Below, piece by piece: positions 1 through 12,453 of a stretch of 64,000 nt of DNA (its first letter is position 1; every line of letters starts with the position of its first letter). Source of the stretch: Eledone cirrhosa (lineage: Eukaryota); contig OZ024757.1 of the NCBI GenBank assembly GCA_964016885.1, positions 21,762,001 to 21,826,000 of the forward strand, given 5' to 3'. Position numbers and translations under genes: made by a program. The notes under the pieces are model-generated. The model saw only the letters and a program-made list of their open reading frames with translations. It had not been told where the DNA came from and ran no database searches.

Positions 1-222
1 CTAGAACACAATAGACCTGACCTTGTGGTTTTTTTTACAAGGAAAAAGATCTTGCTTGCTTATGTAGCTTGCCCCTTTGACACAAAAGTAGAAGAAAAAA
101 AGGAGACTATGAATAAGTACCAGGATCATTTGAGACTGTCATGAGATGAAGGTCATCACTAACATCATAGGAACACTAGGTACTATCTCAAAGAGATTCC
201 AAGGCTCGTTAAAGAACATTTG
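1..222 (+). mobile_element. Dong/R4-clade non-LTR retrotransposon, degenerate restriction-like endonuclease fragment
   Basis: Frame 1 reads LEHNRPDLVVFFTRKKILLAYVACPFDTKVEEKKETMNKYQD, then after a frameshift KVITNIIGTLGTISKRF; resembles the RPD..D.ACP..K..KY RLE motif of R4/Dong elements. Confidence 0.75.
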
Positions 223-950
223 GTAGAGAGTCGGACACCATGCTTTGAAGCACAGAGTTACGCTCCTCTCTGATCTGAGTTCAAATCCTGCCGAGGTTAA
301 CTTTGCCTTTCATCCTTACGGGGGTCGATAAAATAAAGTACCAGTAATGCACTGATATAATTGCTGGCCTTGTGCCAAAAGTAAAAACAATTATCATTAT
401 AGCGGCAGGTTGGTTGAAGCATTAGAGTATCTGGCAAATATGTAACAGTATTTGTTTGGGTTCTTTACAGTCTAAGTTCAATTTCTGCTGAGGTCAACTT
501 TACCTGCCATCCTTACAGGGTCGATAAAATAAAGTACCAGTAATGCACTGGGTTAATTGCTGGCCTTGTGACAAAAGTAGAAACATTATTATTATCACCA
601 GGTAGTGGCTTGGCAGTATCGGTAGAGGGTCGGACGCCATACTTTACGAACTGAGTTCAAATCCTGCCGAGGTTAACTTTGCATTTCATCCTTACAGGGT
701 CGATAAAATAAAGTACCAGTAATGCACTGGGTTAATTGCTGGCCTTGTGACAAAAGTAGAAACATTATTATTATCACCAGGTAGTGGCTTGGCAGTATCG
801 GTAGAGGGTCGGACGCCATACTTTACGAACTGAGTTCAAATCCCGCCGAGGTTAACTTTGCCTTTCATCCTTACGGGGGTCGATAAAATAAAGTACCAGT
901 AATGCACTGGGATAATTGCTGGCCTTGTGCCAAAAGTAGAAACAATTATT
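223..950 (+). mobile_element. Four head-to-tail tRNA-derived SINEs (family A, Meta/MESC-like core)
   Basis: A box TGGCAGTATCGG, B box GAGTTCAAATCC, core gccgaggttaactttgcctttcatccttacggggtcgataaaataaagtaccag, (ATT)n tails. Confidence 0.85.
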
Positions 951-970
951 AGCCCCCCCCCCTCCTTTGT

Positions 971-1120
971 TTTGGAACACTTCAAAATGCATGCCTACTG
1001 GGAACAGCCAGGATCCTCTGATATGTCCTGAATATCTGAGGTTGCAGGTAGTGGCTTGATTGGGCAAATATTCCAGTAAAATAACATCAATGATTGAGAT
1101 ATCAAGGTAATAATAATAAC
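971..1120 (+). mobile_element. 3' end of the same Dong/R4 element (ORF C-terminus, 3'UTR, (TAA)n tail)
   Basis: Reads FGTLQNACLLGTARIL*YVLNI*, the typical LQK.CLLGTARILR C-terminus, followed by ggtaataataataac. Confidence 0.7.
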
Positions 1121-1216
1121 AGAGTGTTGTAGTTTGCTTGAAGCATTGTTATCTTAGCAATCTTGATTTTCTTTCTAATGCATTGTATGGTTTTCAAAAT
1201 TATTTAAATTTGTGTG

Positions 1217-2710
1217 ATAATAATAATAATTGTTTCTACTTTTGGCACAAGGCCATCAATTACCCAGTACATTACTGGTACTATATTTTATCAACCCCGT
1301 AAGGATGAAAGGCCAAGTTATAATAATAATAATGGTTTCTGATTTAGGCACAAGGCCAGCAATTTTGGGGGAGGGGAAAGTCGATTAAATTGACCCCAGT
1401 TTGTTACTGGTACTTTATTTTATCAACTGTGTAAAGATGAAAGGCAAAGCTAACCTGAAGTCAAAGTTAATTTGAACTCAGAATACAAAGGGATGTAACA
1501 ATATGCTACAAAGCATATTGACCGACATTCTACCAATACTGCCAATCCACTGCTCTTATGATGATGGTGATAATAATAATTGTTTCTACTTTTAGGCACA
1601 AGGCCAGCAATTACCCAGTGTATTACTGGTACTTTATTTTATCGACCCCGTAAGGATGAAAGGCAAAGTCAACCTCGGCGGGATTTGAACTCAGTTCGTA
1701 AAGTATGGCGTCCGACCCTCTACCGATACTGCCAAGCCACCGCCTGGTGATAATAATAATGTTTCTACTTTTGTCACAAGGCCAGCAATTATCCCAGTGC
1801 ATTACTGGTACTTTATTTTATCGACCCTGTAAGGATGGCAGGCAAAGTTGACCTCAGCAGAAATTGAACTTAGACTGCAAAGAACCCAAACAAATACTGT
1901 TACATATTTGCCAGATACTCTAATGCTTCAACCAACCTGCCGCTATAATGATAATTGTTTTTACTTTTGGCACAAGGCCAGCAATTATCTCAGTGCATTA
2001 CTGGTACTTTATTTTATCGACCCTGTAAGGATGGCAGGCAAAGTTGACCTCAGCAGAAATTGAACTTAGACTGCAAAGAACCCAAACACATACTCTTACA
2101 TATTTGCCAGATACTCTAATGCTTCAACCAACCTGCCGCTATAATGATAATTGTTTTTACTTTTGGCACAAGGCCAGCAATTATCTCAGTGCATTACTGG
2201 TACTTTATTTTATCGACCCTGTAAGGATGGCAGGCAAAGTTGACCTCAGCAGAAATTGAACTTAGACTGTAAAGGGATGTAACTATGCTGGAAAGCATGG
2301 CGTCTGATTCTCTACCGATACTGCCAAATGATAATTGTTTCTACTATTGGCACAAGGCCAGCAATTACCCCAGTGCATTACTGGTACTTTATTTTATCGA
2401 CCCCGTAAGGATGAAAGGCAAAGTTAACCCCGGTGGGATTTGAACTCAGACCGTAAAGGGACGTAACTATGCTGGAAAGCATGGCGTTTGACTCTCTACC
2501 GATACTGCCAAATAATAATTGTGTCTACTATTGGCACAAGGCCAACAATTACCCCAGTGCATTACTGGTACTTTATTTTATCGACCCCGTAAGGATGAAA
2601 AGCAAAGTTAACCTCGGCGGGATTTGAACTCAGAATGGCAAGGGCCGTAACTCTACACGTCAAAGCATGGCGTCCGACCCTCTACCGATACTGCCAATAC
2701 ACCACCCTAT
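1217..2710 (-). mobile_element. About eight tandem family A SINEs on the minus strand, including a ~196-bp tandem duplication
   Basis: Reverse complements of the same boxes and core; near-identical ORFs at 1848 and 2044 mark the duplication. Confidence 0.85.
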
Positions 2711-2717
2711 ACTGCCA

Positions 2718-2753
<36 letters not shown>

Positions 2754-3764
2754 TAATAATAATAATAAAGTAAAAAAAAAAAAAAAGAGAAACAAAGAAT
2801 GTAAAAAGGTTGACATTCCATCACAGTTAATTCTTCATAATTCTCAACTGTTGGGACACAAACTTGCAGGATTATTCTTTGGAATTTTGGAATCCAGATT
2901 TTGGACATGGAAGAGAAAGGAAAAAATGTGGGGAAGGTTTTGATGGGGTTTATATAAAACTGAAGGCTTCTTGTCTGTTGGCCTAGATCTTTGCATTCAT
3001 TCAGCATGATGTTTCTAATGTTAGTCAGTGGAATGTTATAAACTATTTACAAAAATGCCCTCTTTTGCAAATAGATTTTCAGGAAAAGAAAAGCTCAACA
3101 CCCGGCGTCATGCTTCATTGAACTTCAAACACAAAACACCGTTATGCACTGATGAGCAGCCATAGATGCAGCAGCAGAGACACACAGATGGAGTAAACTT
3201 TACATGGTGGTGATGGTGGTGGTGGAGGGGGGGTAGAGAGGGGGGGTAAAAGGGGTGGGGTAAAGGGGTGGGATAAAGGGGGAGGGATAGAGAGGGAGGG
3301 ACAGAGAGGTAGGGATAGATAGAGGGGGGGGGATAAAGAGGGGGGGGGATAGAGATAGATAGAGAGGGGGGGGGGAGGGAGAGATACAGAGGGAGGGATA
3401 GAAAGAGGGAGGAGATAAATGAAATGGGGACATTAGTGAATTATAAAAAGGGGATCAAAGGAGGAGAAGAGGAAATAGGGGACAGAATGGATACAATGTC
3501 ACTGACTGTGTGTTTTTTCAAAGGGTCTGGTCTTGTGTGTCATAGATTTACTATCTGGACTGACTCAGTCCAAATAACATTGTTTCTCTTATAACTTTTA
3601 TTAGCATTACTGCTGTTGTTGTTGTTGTTGTTGTTGCTGCCGCCGTTGTTGTTCTTGTTGTTGTTGTTCTTGTTGTTCTTGTTGTTGTTATAAACAAATA
3701 ATTTGTTCAAATATACAAAGCAATTTCGAATTGTTTCAGCATTCAGTCATTAAGTTACGCAGAC

Positions 3765-3828
3765 ATATGTATGTATGTGTGTGTGTGTGTATGTATGTAT
3801 GTAAGTGTGTGTGTGTGTATGTATGTAA

Positions 3829-3859
<31 letters not shown>

Positions 3860-4871
3860 CGTCTGTATGTACACATATATATATATGTATGTATGTAAGT
3901 ACGTGTGTATGTATGTATGTGTGTATGTGCGTGTGTGTATGTATGTATGTGTGTATGTATGTATGTATGTATGTAAGTGTGTGTGTATGTATGCATGTGT
4001 GTGTGTGCGTGTGTGTGTGTATGTATGTGTGTATGTATGTATGTAAGTGTGTGTATGTATGTGTGTGTCTGTATGTACACATATATATATGTATGTATGT
4101 AAGTGTGTGTGTATGTATGCATGTGTGTGCGTGTGTGTGTGTATGTATGTATGTATGTGTGTATGTATGTATGTAAGTGTGTGTATGTATATGTGTGTCT
4201 GTATGTACACATATATATATGTATGTATGTATGTAAGTGTGTGTGTATGTGTGCGTGTGTGCGTATGTATGTGTGTGTGTATGTATGTATATATGTAAGT
4301 GTGTCTATATGTACACATATATATATATGTATGTATGTAAGTGTGTGTGTATGTATGTATGTGTGTGTGCGTGTGTGTATGTATGTATGTGTGTATGTAT
4401 GTATGTATGTAAGTGTGTATGTATGTGTGTCTGTATGTACACATATATATATGTATGTATGTAAGTGTGTGTGTGTGTGTGTATGTATGTGCGTCTGTAT
4501 GTACATATATATATATGTATGTATGTAAGTACGTGTGTATGTATGTATGTGTGTGTGTGCGTGTATGTATGTATGTGTGTGTGTATGTATGTATGTATGT
4601 ATGTGTGTGTATGTATGTGCGTCTGTATGTACACACATATATATATGTATGTAAGTGTGTGTGTATGTATGCATGTGTGTGCGTGTGTGTGTATGTATGT
4701 ATGTGTGTATGTATGTATGTATGTATGTAAGTGCGTCTGTATGTACACATATATATATATATGTATGTATGTATGTAAGTGTGTGTGTATGTATGCATGT
4801 GTGTGTGTGTGCGTGTGTGTGTATGTATGTGTGTATGTATGTAAGTGTGTGTATGTATGTGTGTGTCTGTA

Positions 4872-4907
<36 letters not shown>

Positions 4908-5159
4908 TGCATGTGTATCTATGTATGTGTGTATAAATATGCATACTTACATACAAAAACACTCATACAAGCGCACATATACACACACACTTACATACAC
5001 ACAAACATATATACACACAAGCACATAAATACACACACATACATACACACATATAAACATACATACATACAAACATACATACATACACATACAAATATAC
5101 ATACATACATACACACATACATACATACACATATCAATACATACATATATACATACACA
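3765..5159. repeat. Compound (TG)/(TATG)/(CATA) microsatellite field
   Basis: Directly visible low-complexity repeats. Confidence 0.95.
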
Positions 5160-5459
5160 TGGTGGCTGCCAACTCGTTTTCGAGTACGGCCACTACTTTA
5201 TATCCATGTAGGAGAACCCCTACCGATGCGCTGAACGACTGTGACTTTTTAGTCCAGCCAGCGACTTGAAAACTCTGGTACAAACACTACACTTGTGACA
5301 ATTATTGACAAATAGTGCTGGGCCCATGGTACCATGTGACGACAAGTGCAGAGAGATCTCCAGATATAAAGCAATGCCTGTGCAGTGAAGCTTTTATAGT
5401 GAGCAAAGGCACTGCACAAAGCCAGTCCCACTCTCTTAACCAAGATGATATTTACCAAA
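5160..5459 (-). mobile_element. Family C non-autonomous RTE-related element (partial)
   Basis: Near-identical to 38998-39408 and, inverted, to 27167-28053. Confidence 0.75.
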
Positions 5460-5630
5460 TTTATCTATGTATATATGCATGTATATATATATATTTACAT
5501 ATATATATATACATACATACATATACACACATACACATACATACATACATACATACACACACACACATACAAACATACATACTTATACATACAAACACAC
5601 ATACATACATACAAACATACATACATACAT

Positions 5631-5677
<47 letters not shown>

Positions 5678-5979
5678 AACATACATACATACATATATAC
5701 AAATATACATACACACATACATACATACACACACATACATACACTCCAGGTACTTATTTTATCAACCTCTGTTTATTGAACAGCTCTGTTACAAGACAAA
5801 CACACACGTTTTATATGTACACGTGTACACATGAATGGATAGGTTTGTGCTTTATGTGTGCGTGTGACTTATATATCAGCCAGGCAAAGATCATACACAC
5901 ACACACATAGACATTTCCATATAAAAACTGCACACATACACACACACATTCACATACAAACATACATATACGTGCATAC

Positions 5980-6372
5980 ATCATCATATCATCATCATCA
6001 TTTTATGTCTGCTTTATCCTGCTTGCAAGGGTGGTACGGGAACTGATTCTGGCTTGATTTCTACAGCTGGATGCCCTTCCTAACACCAACCTCATTTACA
6101 GTGAGGACTGGGTGCTTTTTTGCCATGGCACCTCCACGACCACTTTACAGTGTGGGCTGGGTGATTTTTTGCCGTGGCGCCTCCACGACCACTTTGCAGT
6201 GGAATGATAGGGACCCCAGTCCCTATCATCTCATTTCTACAGCTGAGTAAACTGGAGCAATGTGAAATAAAGTGTCTTGCTCAAGGAAACAACACATCAC
6301 CCGGTCTGGGAATCGAACTCACAACCTTTCGGTTGCAAGCCCAATGATCTAACCACTAAGCCATGTGCCTCC
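5980..6372 (-). mobile_element. tRNA-derived CORE-like SINE (family B), two internal ~48-bp units
   Basis: Head catggcttagtggttag..gagttcgattc, CORE-like ccttgagcaagacactttatttcac, RTE-like tail ending in (GAT)n. Confidence 0.85.
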
Positions 6373-6887
6373 ATACTAAGTCATATGCCTCCATTAAAGA
6401 TATACATACATACATATACACACAACTACACACATACATACACACACACACACATATGTTTATATACACACACACACCTGCATTTCAATCTGGAAATTTC
6501 TATATATGCATGAGTGACTCTGTATGTATGGAAGAGAGGGGGGGGGGGCGATATACAAGGATTAAAGGCCTAGTGTCATTATTTTTTATGGGGTAGGAGG
6601 GGGAAGAGTCATGCCCCGCCCCATCCAGCCCCTTACTAAAATAATAACCTAGCCCCACCTCCTGGTCAAGCCTGACCCCATCTCTGACTGAAATTATTTC
6701 TTCAGTAATCCTCTTTCTTGAAAGTCAATGTCAATACACTGGAAGAGAAGGAAGGAAGGAAGGAGAGAAGGAAAGGAATGAAGGGAAGGAGAGAAGGAAA
6801 GAAAGAAAGGTATATGATTATGCTCTGATAAGCAGTTATTCATTCTTGAAATACATAAACAAAACCTTATCTACCCTCATATATATA

Positions 6888-7268
6888 TCATCATCACCGT
6901 TTCTTCCACGCTAGCATGGGTTAGACGGGTTGTCTTGTTGTCGGCAGTGTCCGGTCGGCTGACCTTGACTTGCTTATACGGGAACTGATTCTGGCTTGAT
7001 TTCTACAGCTGGATGCCCTTCCTAACACCAACCTCCTTTACAGCGAGTGCCGGGTGCTTTTTTGCCGTGGCACCTCCACGAGACCACTTTGCAGTGGAAT
7101 GATAGGGACCGCAGTCCCTATCATCTCATTTCTACAGCTGCGTAAACTGGAGCAATGTGAAATAAAGTGTCTTGCTCAAGGAAACAACTCATCACCCGGT
7201 CCGAGAATTGAACTCACAACCTTTCGATTGCAAGCCCAATGCTCTAACCACTAAGCCATGTGCCTCCA
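6888..7268 (-). mobile_element. Family B SINE with an alternative 3' tail
   Basis: Same head and core; tail aacccatgctagcgtggaagaaacgg(TGA)n. Confidence 0.85.
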
Positions 7269-7439
7269 TATATATGAGACTAATGGAAAAGTTGTTTCCT
7301 TGGTCCAACCTGATGATCAGCTCCTTTCTTTATGCACACACGCACACACATATATATATATATATATTCCCTGCTGAAGACAAGATCCTAGTCACTTATG
7401 TAATGTTTATGAACATTATCTGATTTAGTGGTGGGTGAA

Positions 7440-7800
7440 GGGTGGTGGATTGGCAGTATCGGTAGAGGGTCGGACGTCATGCTTTCCAGCATAGTTACGT
7501 CCCTTTACGATCTGAGTTCAAATCCCGCCGAGGTTGACTTTGCCTTTCATCCTTACGGGGTCGATAAAATAAAGTACCAGTAATGCACTGGGTAATTGCT
7601 GGCCTTGTGCCAAAAGTAGAAACAATTATTATTAAATAAAGTACCAGTAATACACTGGGTTATTGCTGGCCTTGTGCCAAAAGTAGAAACAATTATTATT
7701 ATTATTATTATTATATAATTCAGGGCAGTGAATTGGCAGTATCGGTAGATGGTCGGACGCCATGCTTTGATGCATAGAGTTACGGCCCTTGTCATTCTGA
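7440..7800 (+). mobile_element. Family A SINE with duplicated 3' end, plus a second SINE head
   Basis: A/B boxes and core; tail unit repeated at 7567 and 7634. Confidence 0.8.
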
Positions 7801-7809
7801 TTTACTCAC

Positions 7810-7874
7810 ATGATAGTCCTATTCGGACTGCTGCTAGCAGATGGAGTTTCAGAAACTAATGCATTGGTCTGGGA
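7810..7874 (-). CDS. Candidate 65-nt coding exon (SQTNALVSETPSASSSPNRTI) of an unidentified gene
   Basis: Minus strand aaattttccag|TCCCAG...ACTATCAT|gtgagt; only phase 0 is open; lies in unique sequence. Confidence 0.5.
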
Positions 7875-8062
7875 CTGGAAAATTTAATTATCCACCGCAC
7901 AAAAATCATTTTTTTCTCTCTGATTAATGTATGTGTGTATTCTAATTTTTCTTGGGTTTGTGTTGTAATATCACAGATTAATTAAATTATTCAATGAGAA
8001 AAATGACTGACGCGGTGTTATTCCTATTCGATAGCTTTGTTGCATTATTATTAAATAAAGTT

Positions 8063-8655
8063 GCGGTGGATTGGCAGTACCGGTAGAGGGTCGGACGCCA
8101 TGCTTTGACGCATAGAGTTACGGCCCGTGCCATTCTGAGTTCAAATCCCGCCGAGGTTAACTTTGCCTTTCATCCTTAAGGGGTCGATAAAGTAAAGTAC
8201 CAGTAATGAACTGGGTAATTGCTGGCCTTGTGCCAAAAGTAGAAACAATTATTATTAAATAAAGTACCAGTAATACACTGGGTAATTGCTGGCCTTGTGC
8301 CAAAAGTAGAAACAATTATTATTAAATAAAGTACCAGTAATACACTGGGTTATTGCTGGCCTTGTGCCAAAAGTAGAAACAATTATTATTAAATAAAGTA
8401 CCAGTAATACACTGGGTAATTGCTGGCCTTGTGCCAAAAGTAGAAACAATTATTATTAAATAAAGTACCAGTAATACACTGGGTTATTGCTGGCCTTGTG
8501 CCAAAAGTAGAAACAATTATTATTAAATAAAGTACCAGTAATACACTGGGTTATTGCTGGCCTTGTGCCAAAAGTAGAAACAATTATTATTAAATAAAGT
8601 ACCAGTAATACACTGGGATAATTGCTGGCCTTGTGCCAAAAGTAGAAACAATCAT
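8063..8655 (+). repeat. Family A SINE followed by a ~7x 67-bp tandem array of its own 3' end
   Basis: Unit aaataaagtaccagtaatacactgggtaattgctggccttgtgccaaaagtagaaacaattattatt at ~8190, 8257, 8324, 8391, 8458, 8525, 8592. Confidence 0.9.
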
Positions 8656-8659
8656 TAGT

Positions 8660-8790
8660 CCATACAGGTGACCTCCTCCATAAAATCAGGATGACAGCAA
8701 CCCATCTGAGGAAGGAGCCCCACAAGGAGTTGCTGGCCATTGTTCAGGGCAATGTCTTTGCCATTTGGTCTGCAGAGTGCAGCCTAAACA
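8660..8790 (+). mobile_element. Possible degenerate CRE/RLE-type LINE C-terminal remnant
   Basis: Reads LLAIVQGNVFAI, resembling the 'SVAIQRGNA' terminus; short and degenerate. Confidence 0.3.
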
Positions 8791-9019
8791 CTACTCTCAC
8801 TCAGGTGTAAGAGTCTGTCACTGTCACCCTCTTATCTTCCTCCTTTCTTTGTGACAATCCTTGCCCTTTCCCCTCTCTTTTGTAATTAACTTCCTCCAAT
8901 TGAGAAAATGGGGTCTACTAGAAAACAAAACATATTACAAAAGGGGGAAAAAGAAAAGAAAATGAAAAAGAGAAAAAGAAAGAAGGATCAAGCAGCAAAG
9001 GAAAGGAAGAGGGAGGGGG

Positions 9020-9260
9020 GGGGGTGCACAGTCACCCCCGCCCCTCCCGCTCTGTGTGGTGTCTCACCCACGTCATGTGGGCCAAACAGCAAAAGCATTA
9101 CCACAGAGAATGGCCATAGACACCTGTTGCATTGACGATTTGACTGTAAACAGCCTGTAATGATTTATCTACAATGAGTTGGAGGGGAGGGGGTGTCGTT
9201 AATTAACTGTAGCATTTTTACTGGGATCAGATAACCCTGACAATTTGTAATTACTAAAAC
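9020..9260. promoter_or_regulatory. Candidate enhancer-like motif cluster
   Basis: GC box cccgcccc, cacgtca, E-box cacctg, forkhead tgtaaaca, tgatttat, taatta and agataa in a non-repetitive island. Confidence 0.25.
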
Positions 9261-9742
9261 TAGAGACTTTAGTTTTTAATGTGATATGCCATAAAACTAA
9301 ATACAAGAGGGAGTAGAAGTTTAAGACCAGAAAGAAGAGAGGGCGTAAAAGAGTCATTGAGGAGGTCACAGCATGTGTGATGAAAGAACTTTGCTGAACT
9401 AACCAATAACTAACTAGTCATAAAGAGAAAGTTATAAAGTGAAAATCATATGACGCGTGTTTCTTTTTATTGGCAATACTGACAACATGACCTTCCCTAA
9501 ATATTACAATATCTGTTTCAACACACATTTTCACATCAAGAATCTTGCCGAACACACACACACACACCACTGATGCTCATCAAATCACTAAGCTGTGGGA
9601 TGTATTGCTTCTGCAGGACATAAATAAATGTCACTATATAAATGTAAAGTTACAGTAATATTTTATACTAAATGTTCATAGCATGTGTCCTAATGGACAG
9701 GTCATTGTGAAAATGTGCAGGGCTATCTCTTACGTTTTATAT

Positions 9743-10620
9743 TAAATGTTTATAGTATCTTTACTAGAGGACAAACTGTTGGACAATTCAGTATTATCTC
9801 TCAAAATTCTGTAATAATTTAGCAGAAAATATCTAAAAAGGGGTTTGTTAATTCAAATGTTTATAGTATCTTTAACTAGTAGACAAACGGTTGTGATAAT
9901 TTGCAGTATTATCTCTTAAAATTCTGTAATAATTTAGCCGAAAATATCTAAAAAGGGGTTTGTTAATTCAAATGTTTATAGTATCTTTACTAGAGGACAG
10001 ACTGTTGTGATAATTTGCAGTATTATCTCTTAAAATTCTGTAATAATTTAGCAGAAAATATCTAAAAAAGGGGTTTGTTAATTCAAATGTTTAGAGTATC
10101 TTTACTAGAGGACAAACTGTTGTGACAATTCAGTATTATCTCTTAAAATTCTGTAATAATTTAGCAGAAAATATCTAAAAAGGGGTTTGTTAATTCAAAT
10201 GTTTATAGTATCTTTACTAGAGGACAAACTGTTGTGACAATTTGCAGTATTATCTCTTAAAATAGGGCGGTGAATTGGCAGTATCGGTAGAGGGTTGGAC
10301 GCCATGCTTTGACGCATAGAGTTACGGCCCTTGCCATTCTGAGTTCAAATCCCGCCGAGGTTAACTTTGCCTTTCATCCTTACGGGGTCGATAAAATAAA
10401 GTACCAGTAATGTACTGGGTAATTGCTGGCCTTGTGCCAAAAGTAGAAACAATTATCTCTTAAAATTCTGTAATAATTTAGCAGAAAATATCTAAAAAGG
10501 GGTTTGTTAATTCAAATGTTTATAGTATCTTTACTAGAGGACAGATTGTTGTGACAATTTGCAGTATATCGCTCGACACCCTGCTAAGGTTTAGCAGTAA
10601 AATATCTAAAATTGGATTTG
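9743..10620. repeat. ~114-bp AT-rich tandem repeat (~6-7 units) interrupted by a SINE
   Basis: aaatgttt..agtatc recurs at ~9744, 9856, 9970, 10086, 10197, 10514. Confidence 0.9.
10264..10451 (+). mobile_element. Full-length family A SINE with a 15-bp target-site duplication
   Basis: attatctcttaaaat at 10249-10263 and 10452-10466. Confidence 0.9.
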
Positions 10621-11440
10621 TAAGTTTAAATATTTGTAGTGTTTTTATTAAAGGAGAGAAAATTTGGCGTATTACCCCTTAACTTTCTGTAATGATATAG
10701 TTGAAAATATGTGGTGGTGGCAGTGGTGGTGGTGGCTGTGGGATGTGGCAGTGGTTGGCTAGGGTGGTGGTGGTGTGGCGTAGTGGTGGTTGTGGGGTGT
10801 GGTGGGGTGAGGGATGTGGCAGTGGTTGGCTAGGGTGGTGGCGTAGTGGTGGTTGTGGGGTGTGGTGGGCTGAGGGATGTGGCAGTGGTTGGCTAGGGTG
10901 GTGGTAGTGGTAGTGTGGTGGTGGTAGTGGTAGTGTGGTGGTGGTGGTGGTAGTGTGGTGGTGATGTGGTGGGGGTGAGGGATGTGGCAATGGTTGGCTA
11001 GGGGTAGTGGTAGTGGTGGTGGCTGTGGGGTGAGGGATGTGACAGTGGTGGTAGTGGTGGTGGTGGGATGATGGATGTGGGAGTGGTTGGCTAGGGTGGA
11101 GGTGGGGAGTGCTAAGGGTGGGGTTAATGTCCCCTATATGTATGAAAGAAACTAGTTTAGGTTTACAGGTGGTTCATTGAAGCAGAAATGAAAATAAGTT
11201 AACTTTATCTTACATTGGGTAGGATTGAATAAATAAACACTGTCTCTCCCCGCACACCCTTCCAAACACCCTCTCCATCACACTCTGCCCCTTCCATACC
11301 CCCTTCTCCACACACACACACACTCCACCCCACCATCACACACTGAAAAACAATGAAAGTCAAATTAACCCCCACCCCCCACTATAAACCACTGATAGAC
11401 ATTATACATTACTTCTTTATGTTGGATATTTTAGTATTTA

Positions 11441-11579
11441 CTAGCAGAATGACCCGGCGTTGCTCGGGATTCGCTCTAGGGTTCTTATATATTTGATATA
11501 TATTTATCCTTATCGAGCCTCGTGAAATAAATACGTTTGTTTATAGTTTGTTATTGTGTATACAAAAATATCTGTACAC

Positions 11580-11626
<47 letters not shown>

Positions 11627-12023
11627 TAACAGATTAAAGTTTAAGCAAAGAATTGTTGCTTTCACCCTTAACGGGATCTTCTGAAACTAAAAAAATCAAT
11701 CTGTGAACGCAGAAGTAAATATTTCGAAAAACGTTACACACTATATATATATATACACACACACTATATATACATATACACACACAACTACGTCATAATG
11801 TCGTAATGCAGATGGCCAGGCATACAGACAGATATTGTAAGGGCACAACGTTATAACTATGTATCTAAGAGTTATAGAGAGAGATCGCTAAATCGCCTAA
11901 TGTGGTCCCTAGGGCATTGAAAATTTGAATATTTTTTTTGCTCAAAACACTCACAGGACCACAAGTATTACATGTGTAAAGTTTGAAAACAATGGGTTGG
12001 GTGGTTCTCGAGTTTTAGTGATC

Positions 12024-12063
<40 letters not shown>

Positions 12064-12094
12064 TGACTGACAGACATTGTTTTAGATATATAGA
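11441..12094 (-). mobile_element. Non-autonomous Helitron
   Basis: Minus strand starts A|TCTATATATC and ends in hairpin cccgagcaacgccggg + CTAG|T; AT insertion site, no TSD. Confidence 0.85.
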
Positions 12095-12453
12095 TTTCAA
12101 TGTGATTTTATGTTTTTAAGGTGTTTTTAGTATTTTTTTATGGTTTAATATTTTTGTAAGACCAAGTTGAAGTTGAGTCACTCAATATAAGACGAGGTTT
12201 ATTATTGCTGTATAATATAAAGATATACTGCCAAAACTTTGAAAATGACAAAACTGGAAATGATTTAAGTTGAGGTATACCTGTATATATATATACAGGT
12301 ATACCCCAAACATGTCCAAAACACTACGTTACATTCAAACAATGACAACTCACTTTCAGAAACAATAATTCATGTAAACTATAAACTATATAAAATATAT
12401 AAAATTCATGTAAACTGTAAACTATAAAATATATAAAATTCCCCCCAGTTTAC

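Noticed and set aside
3149-3200. CTGATGAG core-like motif
   Set aside because: No GAAA or closing stems
3736-5910. Long HT/YI/VC-rich ORFs (up to 408 aa), and similar ORFs throughout the window
   Set aside because: Translations of CA/TA/CATA microsatellites, open on several frames and both strands
6690-6800. Minus-strand splice acceptor at ~6740
   Set aside because: The pyrimidine tract is a GGAA microsatellite; early stops and no clear donor
10264-10360. tRNA genes at SINE heads
   Set aside because: Only A/B boxes are retained; no cloverleaf, and the sequence continues into the SINE core
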